Below are positions 59,403 through 64,000 of a DNA stretch of 64,000 nt, piece after piece (the stretch's first letter is position 1; each line of letters opens with the position of its first letter). Under the pieces are notes generated by a model. It did not search any database. It was given only the letters and a program-made list of their open reading frames with translations, and had not been told where the DNA came from. Source of the stretch: an uncultured Bacteroidaceae bacterium (GTDB lineage Bacteria; Bacteroidota; Bacteroidia; Bacteroidales; P3); contig CAZPBB010000001.1 of NCBI GenBank assembly GCA_964584745.1, positions 55 to 64,054 on the forward strand, read 5' to 3'. Made by a program: the position numbers and the translations under genes.

Positions 59403-61414
59403 TGGAATCCATCGAAGATGTGAACCGCAGGTTCAACGATGAACTGGAACGGCAAAACAGCGGAACGTTGAAACCTGGGCATATTTATCAACTGGGACAT
59501 CCAGGTGAGATATTGTTGGCTGCCGGCTTTCCTGACGAACCGATAGAGATGGCCGCCTCTCGGTTGGAGCAAAAGGCTGGGCAGGATAAGCATCCGTTCT
59601 CGATAGCCGAAGTGTACGACTTGGTGAAATGCCTCAACGACCCACTGGCTGTATTTAAGTATAGGAAGAACGCCAAGAACACAGTGGTCGGGATTGAACA
59701 CGAAGATAGGCAATTTCTTGTCGGAATACATTTTAACGAATTGCGGCGAGGAATAGAAGTATCGGATGTTAGAGGCATCTTTCCCAAAGACACGCATAAA
59801 TGGTTGAATTGGCTTGTTCAGGGGAAATGTGATTATGTAAATAAAGAAAGAGTCCAGACCCTGATAGACAAACGGCGAACCAATCTCGCCGAGGTTGCCT
59901 ATCTTGATCTGGACTCTGTTGCAAAGATAGTAAAAGATTTCCAAAATCCACCTTTAAAGAATCAAACGACAATGGAAAAGATAGAACAGGAAAGAAAAGA
60001 ATACAGGGATTATTATCCCGATGGCGGCTTGTATAGGGTCGAGGAAAAACGCAATGGGCAGCGTGACGGACTGTATAGGGAGTATTATGTCAATGGTTGT
60101 ATTGCCAGAGAGTTGCATTATAAAGAAGGAAAGTTGGACGGCCTCAATCGGGAATGGAAACCAGACGGCACCCTACAGCACGAGCGCAACTTCAAGAATG
60201 GCCAATTGAATGGGGTATGTAGGCGATATTTCGAGAACGGCCGGATATTTCAGGAGAATAATTACAAGGATGGGAACTTGGAGGGTTTGACTCGTGTCTG
60301 GCATCCGGATGGACGATTTAATTACGAACGGAATTACCAGAATGGGGAGGCTGTTTCCTGCCCGGTAGAGGACAGAAAATACGAGTTTACTGGGGAGACT
60401 CTGCAACACGAAGGACATACGCTGCATCGGATTCGGGCTGTCTATAATTTGCCTGGTGATGCCATGCATGAGATTCCACCCGTAGTGAAAGGCGAGATTG
60501 GAGGCTGGATTGAGAACGAGGAGAATCTATCCCATCGTGGTATTTGTTGGGTGGGAGGAGATGCCAAGGTATGGGGTAACGCACAGGTTCATGATAATGC
60601 ACAAGTACGAGGATGTGCGGAGGTATCCCAAGGGGTAAAGGTGGAAAATACTGCAATAATTGACCACAGAGCAAAGATTTCCGGGAATGCGCAGATTTTC
60701 GGGGATTCTTTTGTTGGAAATGAGGCTGTGGTGAGTGGCAATGCAATGATAGGGGAGAGGGCTTGCATATATGATCATGCTCACATAACAGATGATGCCT
60801 ATGTTTTTGGATCTGCCATAGTAGATGGGGAGGCAATAGTGAAAGAGAAAGCGATGGTAGAAGGAACCACGGTAATAATGGACAAAGCAGAGGTGTCCGG
60901 GAATGCCGTTGTTGCGGGGTTGGCGGAAATTGCAGAAAATGCTTGTGTATCGGAGAACGCAAAAGTATTAGACGATGCACAAATATATGGAAAGGCCAGG
61001 GTGGTGGGATATGCAAGAGTCGAGGGTGGTGTGGTTGAAGCGTCTGATGTCTTGAGTGGCACTATGTGTTTGAAGGGAAAGAAAGAGTGGTATGGACCAG
61101 GAAGAATGGCAAAGACTGTAAACTACCTTGATGGCAAGATGAATGGCATCTATGCAGCATGGTATCCGAATGGCAATACGAAAGAGATTATTAACTATAA
61201 GAATGGCGTAAAGGAGGGGTTATATGAGGCCTGGTATGAGAATAGACAAATGAAGGAACGCGCCTATTATAAGTCGGATCTCCGGCATGGCCTGTATGAA
61301 AGTTGGAATGAGGAGGGGAAACGGATTACCCGCTGTGTCTTCAAGAATGGTGAGGCCATAAAGAATCCCTTGCAGAAGATCTTCACGCCCAAGAAACGTG
61401 GCCTAGGGCTGTAG
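59402..61414 (+). CDS. multidomain protein: polyvalent-type N-domain + MORN/YwqK-like repeats + YdcK-like beta-helix + MORN repeats
   Basis: 670 aa, with a TAATG overlap with the upstream gene. MORN-like units (NGQRDGLYREYYVNG, EGKLDGLNREWKPDG, NGQLNGVCRRYFENG ...). Central hexapeptide-like turns homologous to 49694-50416. Confidence 0.75.
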   Translation: MESIEDVNRRFNDELERQNSGTLKPGHIYQLGHPGEILLAAGFPDEPIEMAASRLEQKAGQDKHPFSIAEVYDLVKCLNDPLAVFKYRKNAKNTVVGIEHEDRQFLVGIHFNELRRGIEVSDVRGIFPKDTHKWLNWLVQGKCDYVNKERVQTLIDKRRTNLAEVAYLDLDSVAKIVKDFQNPPLKNQTTMEKIEQERKEYRDYYPDGGLYRVEEKRNGQRDGLYREYYVNGCIARELHYKEGKLDGLNREWKPDGTLQHERNFKNGQLNGVCRRYFENGRIFQENNYKDGNLEGLTRVWHPDGRFNYERNYQNGEAVSCPVEDRKYEFTGETLQHEGHTLHRIRAVYNLPGDAMHEIPPVVKGEIGGWIENEENLSHRGICWVGGDAKVWGNAQVHDNAQVRGCAEVSQGVKVENTAIIDHRAKISGNAQIFGDSFVGNEAVVSGNAMIGERACIYDHAHITDDAYVFGSAIVDGEAIVKEKAMVEGTTVIMDKAEVSGNAVVAGLAEIAENACVSENAKVLDDAQIYGKARVVGYARVEGGVVEASDVLSGTMCLKGKKEWYGPGRMAKTVNYLDGKMNGIYAAWYPNGNTKEIINYKNGVKEGLYEAWYENRQMKERAYYKSDLRHGLYESWNEEGKRITRCVFKNGEAIKNPLQKIFTPKKRGLGL

Positions 61415-61440
61415 TCACTTTTTACGTAAAAGCAAAAACA

Positions 61441-64000
61441 ATGGCACAAGTGTATAAGCAACTTGATTTGGATTTTGAAGAGCCCGTACAGGAAACTTCG
61501 TATCCGTCTTTACTGGAGCCTGAACCTCTTCGTGAAGGGGTCGAATTTGCTAACGTGCAGCGTGTCTTCGAAGAAAGCCATGCGTTCCAGTTCTCAGCGC
61601 CGAATAAGATAAAGCAACCGCGTGATGTGGCCTATATCTTCAAGCAGTTGGAAACGGCGGCCGTGGAAAATGCATTTGCCGTGTTGGTAAAGGACGGAAA
61701 ACCTACCGTCATCCATCTGGGTATGGGAAAGATGGATAGTACTTTCGCACCGATAGATTCGGTGGTTGCTGCCGACAAAAAGATAAAGGCCGATAAGATA
61801 TATTTTGTTCACAATCATCCGAGTGGAAATCTTCAGGCAAGTCTGCAGGATAGGCAATTGTTTGCATCTTGGAAAAATTTTTTTGGCGACAAGATGCAGC
61901 CTGGGATTATCATCAATACGAGGTCGGGCTTATATGGTGAATTTGATTCATTTCAACCCATGCTGAGTTCCAATGAATTGGTGTCTGGAGAGGAGCAGCG
62001 ATATGCCGTGAAGTTATATTCTTTTTCCAAGCTTGTCTTTGAGAAAGAATATCGAGAAACGGGCAGAATAAGTTGCTCACAGGATGTTGCCCGATTCGTT
62101 TCCGCTCAAAGACTTGGGTTGCGACCCAAGTTGTCTTATTTGGTTGTGTCGAATAGTTGCGACATTCAGGCTAATATACATACACCCCATAGCAGCATAC
62201 AGGTGAAGGATGTAAGTGATTTGTCTAAGCAGATTGTACGGGATGCCGCTATGTTTGGAGGAAAGAATGTAATCAGCTATGGTTCAAGTAAAATCAGCAG
62301 GACGGCAATAACGCTGCTTTCCGAGGAACTCAAAAAGAATGAGATAGGGTTGTTGGATCATATTCAGATCGTCCCGAATGCGAAAAACGCATTGGGATTG
62401 GGAGCGGGGTCTGAGACGTACCAGTATATGTCGGCCAGCGATGAGGGTTGGCTTCGGTATGCGAGGGAACCTGAATTGAAGTACGGCAGGGATAAAAAAC
62501 AGAAAAGTCCGATGCAGGGACTGAATGGTTACACACGGGAAGAAATCAAGGAAATTGTCAGGAACCATATCGAAACCATTATACAAGAAGCAGATATTGA
62601 TGCAGAAGTTGTCGGCTTGGAAATTCATGGAAGCCGGGGACGGGGTGATGCCAGGGCGGATTCCGACCTGGATGTAGTGGTGGAATACAGTGGCGACATG
62701 AAAGAATATGGGATGTTTAACCTGTTGAACGATGATAGCCTGACGATTGATGATATTCGGGTTGATATTAACCCGATTCGTCCACAAGAGACCGGGACAC
62801 TGGAAGAATATATGGAACGTTCAAGAATGTATGACGAAGAACGTGAGATAATAGCCCGTGCCCAAGCTGACGGAACGTATCTGAAAGCCCCCAACGGAAA
62901 GCCGACCAAACTGACGCCGGAACAATGGGTGCAGGTGCGCACCCAGGCGTTCAAGGATTGGTTCGGGGATTGGGAGTTGCAACATAAGATGGTTGAAGAT
63001 GTAGTTGTTGAAGATGATGCAACAACAGACAGGAAGCAAGCTCGGCAGAGATTATTGGAACTCACGCAACCATTCAAGAATGCAGACCAAAATGTTGACA
63101 TCTATGTTAGTCAGGGAGATGCGAAACATTCGTTATCGTTTAGGAATGAAAATCAAGTAAAAGCTCTTTCAAAAGTAAACGAGTTAATAGAAAAGGCCGT
63201 AAAAGTAGGAGAGGTTGAAGTTGATGGTTCTGAAAAGGAAACTACAAAAGCTGTGCATATTTATTATTGTCCTATTAAAATTGACAGCAATCAATACTCG
63301 GCACGACTTGTTGTGAAAGAATATTTCCAAGGGAATCAAGTGCTTGATGAGATGCACTTGTATAACTACCAATTACGCAAAATGGCTTCTTCTGCCCAAA
63401 GCACCTCGCAAACGCTACTTGCTCATCCAGAAAAAGCCATTTCGCGTTACAAAATTAGCGATTTGATTCATTCCACGCAAGCGGGTGATGAAAAATTCTT
63501 GAATAATCACTCCAAAGGCGTGGACGAGAACGGCGAGCCGTTGGTGGTATACCATGGAACGGTAGAGGAATTCAATACCTTTCAATCCAAAAGCGGGATG
63601 TATTGGTTCGCCAAGGAATCGGACTATGCCGAGGCGATGGCGGAGGAGCGAGGTGGTGCGCGTGTTATCGATGCGTACCTGAATATGAAGAATCCGTACC
63701 ATGCCGTGCTGGAGCCGGGCAAGTTCAATGATCCAAACTTTGAGGCTTCTATCATTCAGGCGGCACGGCGAGGGGGATATGATAGCGTTATCTTACAGTC
63801 CAACACAAACAATGAACTGTTGGCCAATACGTCCTACATCGTTTTCCAACCCTCTCAAATCAAGTCTGCCAAAGAGAATGTGGGGACATTCGATATTGAG
63901 AACCCGGATATCCGTTTCCGTATCGATGCAGGGGATAATATATCCGCTTTTGCGAATAAGTATGGTTTTGATGTGGCCGAGGTGACGAAGTATGCGGAAG
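61441..64000 (+). CDS. large polyvalent protein, N-terminal part (RadC-like JAB domain, nucleotidyltransferase domain, further modules); open at the window edge
   Basis: Not in the ORF track because no stop is reached; I translated it by hand. ATG at 61441. HNHPSG at 61810-61827. GSRGRGDARADSDLDVVVEY at 62629-62688. VVYHGT...F.TF module from 63544. The frame stays open to 64000. Confidence 0.8.
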   Translation, partial: MAQVYKQLDLDFEEPVQETSYPSLLEPEPLREGVEFANVQRVFEESHAFQFSAPNKIKQPRDVAYIFKQLETAAVENAFAVLVKDGKPTVIHLGMGKMDSTFAPIDSVVAADKKIKADKIYFVHNHPSGNLQASLQDRQLFASWKNFFGDKMQPGIIINTRSGLYGEFDSFQPMLSSNELVSGEEQRYAVKLYSFSKLVFEKEYRETGRISCSQDVARFVSAQRLGLRPKLSYLVVSNSCDIQANIHTPHSSIQVKDVSDLSKQIVRDAAMFGGKNVISYGSSKISRTAITLLSEELKKNEIGLLDHIQIVPNAKNALGLGAGSETYQYMSASDEGWLRYAREPELKYGRDKKQKSPMQGLNGYTREEIKEIVRNHIETIIQEADIDAEVVGLEIHGSRGRGDARADSDLDVVVEYSGDMKEYGMFNLLNDDSLTIDDIRVDINPIRPQETGTLEEYMERSRMYDEEREIIARAQADGTYLKAPNGKPTKLTPEQWVQVRTQAFKDWFGDWELQHKMVEDVVVEDDATTDRKQARQRLLELTQPFKNADQNVDIYVSQGDAKHSLSFRNENQVKALSKVNELIEKAVKVGEVEVDGSEKETTKAVHIYYCPIKIDSNQYSARLVVKEYFQGNQVLDEMHLYNYQLRKMASSAQSTSQTLLAHPEKAISRYKISDLIHSTQAGDEKFLNNHSKGVDENGEPLVVYHGTVEEFNTFQSKSGMYWFAKESDYAEAMAEERGGARVIDAYLNMKNPYHAVLEPGKFNDPNFEASIIQAARRGGYDSVILQSNTNNELLANTSYIVFQPSQIKSAKENVGTFDIENPDIRFRIDAGDNISAFANKYGFDVAEVTKYAE

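Larger units (their letters stand above)
21765..64000. mobile_element. CTnDOT-family (Bacteroidota MPF-B type) integrative conjugative element, partial
   Basis: Syntenic traA...traQ set, a mobA/relaxase/coupling-protein operon, and accessory genes typical of Bacteroidales ICEs. The right end lies beyond the window. The left end is uncertain (somewhere between 20176 and 21765). No integrase in the window. Confidence 0.85.

Overview
All family assignments below were made by eye from the supplied translations and the raw sequence; no searches were run. The window looks like a GC-rich Bacteroidota (Bacteroidales-like) chromosome. Supporting signs are CTnDOT-type tra/mob genes, TAnnTTTG -7 promoter boxes, T9SS-linked genes, and Gln after most signal peptides.

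Layout:
(1) 1-8554: core genes. These are a glutaminyl-cyclase-type M28 lipoprotein, pheS, a cyclophilin, comF-like, a ROK kinase, yraN, a reverse rubrerythrin, tRNA(CAT), a DegT-type aminotransferase and tRNA-Arg(CCT).
(2) 8555-19032: an accessory island directly after tRNA-Arg. It carries replication and regulatory genes (toprim primase-like, OB-fold SSB-like, DUF3853/excisionase-type HTH proteins, CI-type HTH proteins). A visibly AT-richer inner islet holds a Gp37/Gp68(DUF5131)-TcmP pair and a Panacea(DUF4065)-toxin pair. No integrase is visible.
(3) 19087-20175: lpxK (core).
(4) 20367-21752: a small AT-rich two-gene cassette (polytopic membrane protein plus membrane-anchored S24-like peptidase).
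(5) About 21765 to the right edge: a CTnDOT-family conjugative element, partial. It has traA, B/C, E, F, G, I-like, J, K, L, M, N, O and Q on the minus strand, and mobA/relaxase/coupling protein on the plus strand. It also carries an orphan C5 DNA methyltransferase, a solitary RES-domain protein, DUF3945/LRV/MORN/beta-helix proteins and a large polyvalent protein.

The most unusual feature is that the tra operon does not end at traQ. It continues, with an overlapping start codon, into a 13-kb nine-gene module. That module encodes four phage-tail-fibre-like secreted proteins, two T9SS type-B CTD proteins each followed by a PorP/SprF-like barrel, and a coiled-coil secreted protein. I propose it is an ICE-encoded, T9SS-dependent surface-fibre system, possibly for recipient recognition.

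Other notable items are a TraJ (VirB6-like) with a duplicated C-terminal extension, iteron-rich non-coding blocks, and helically phased repeats.
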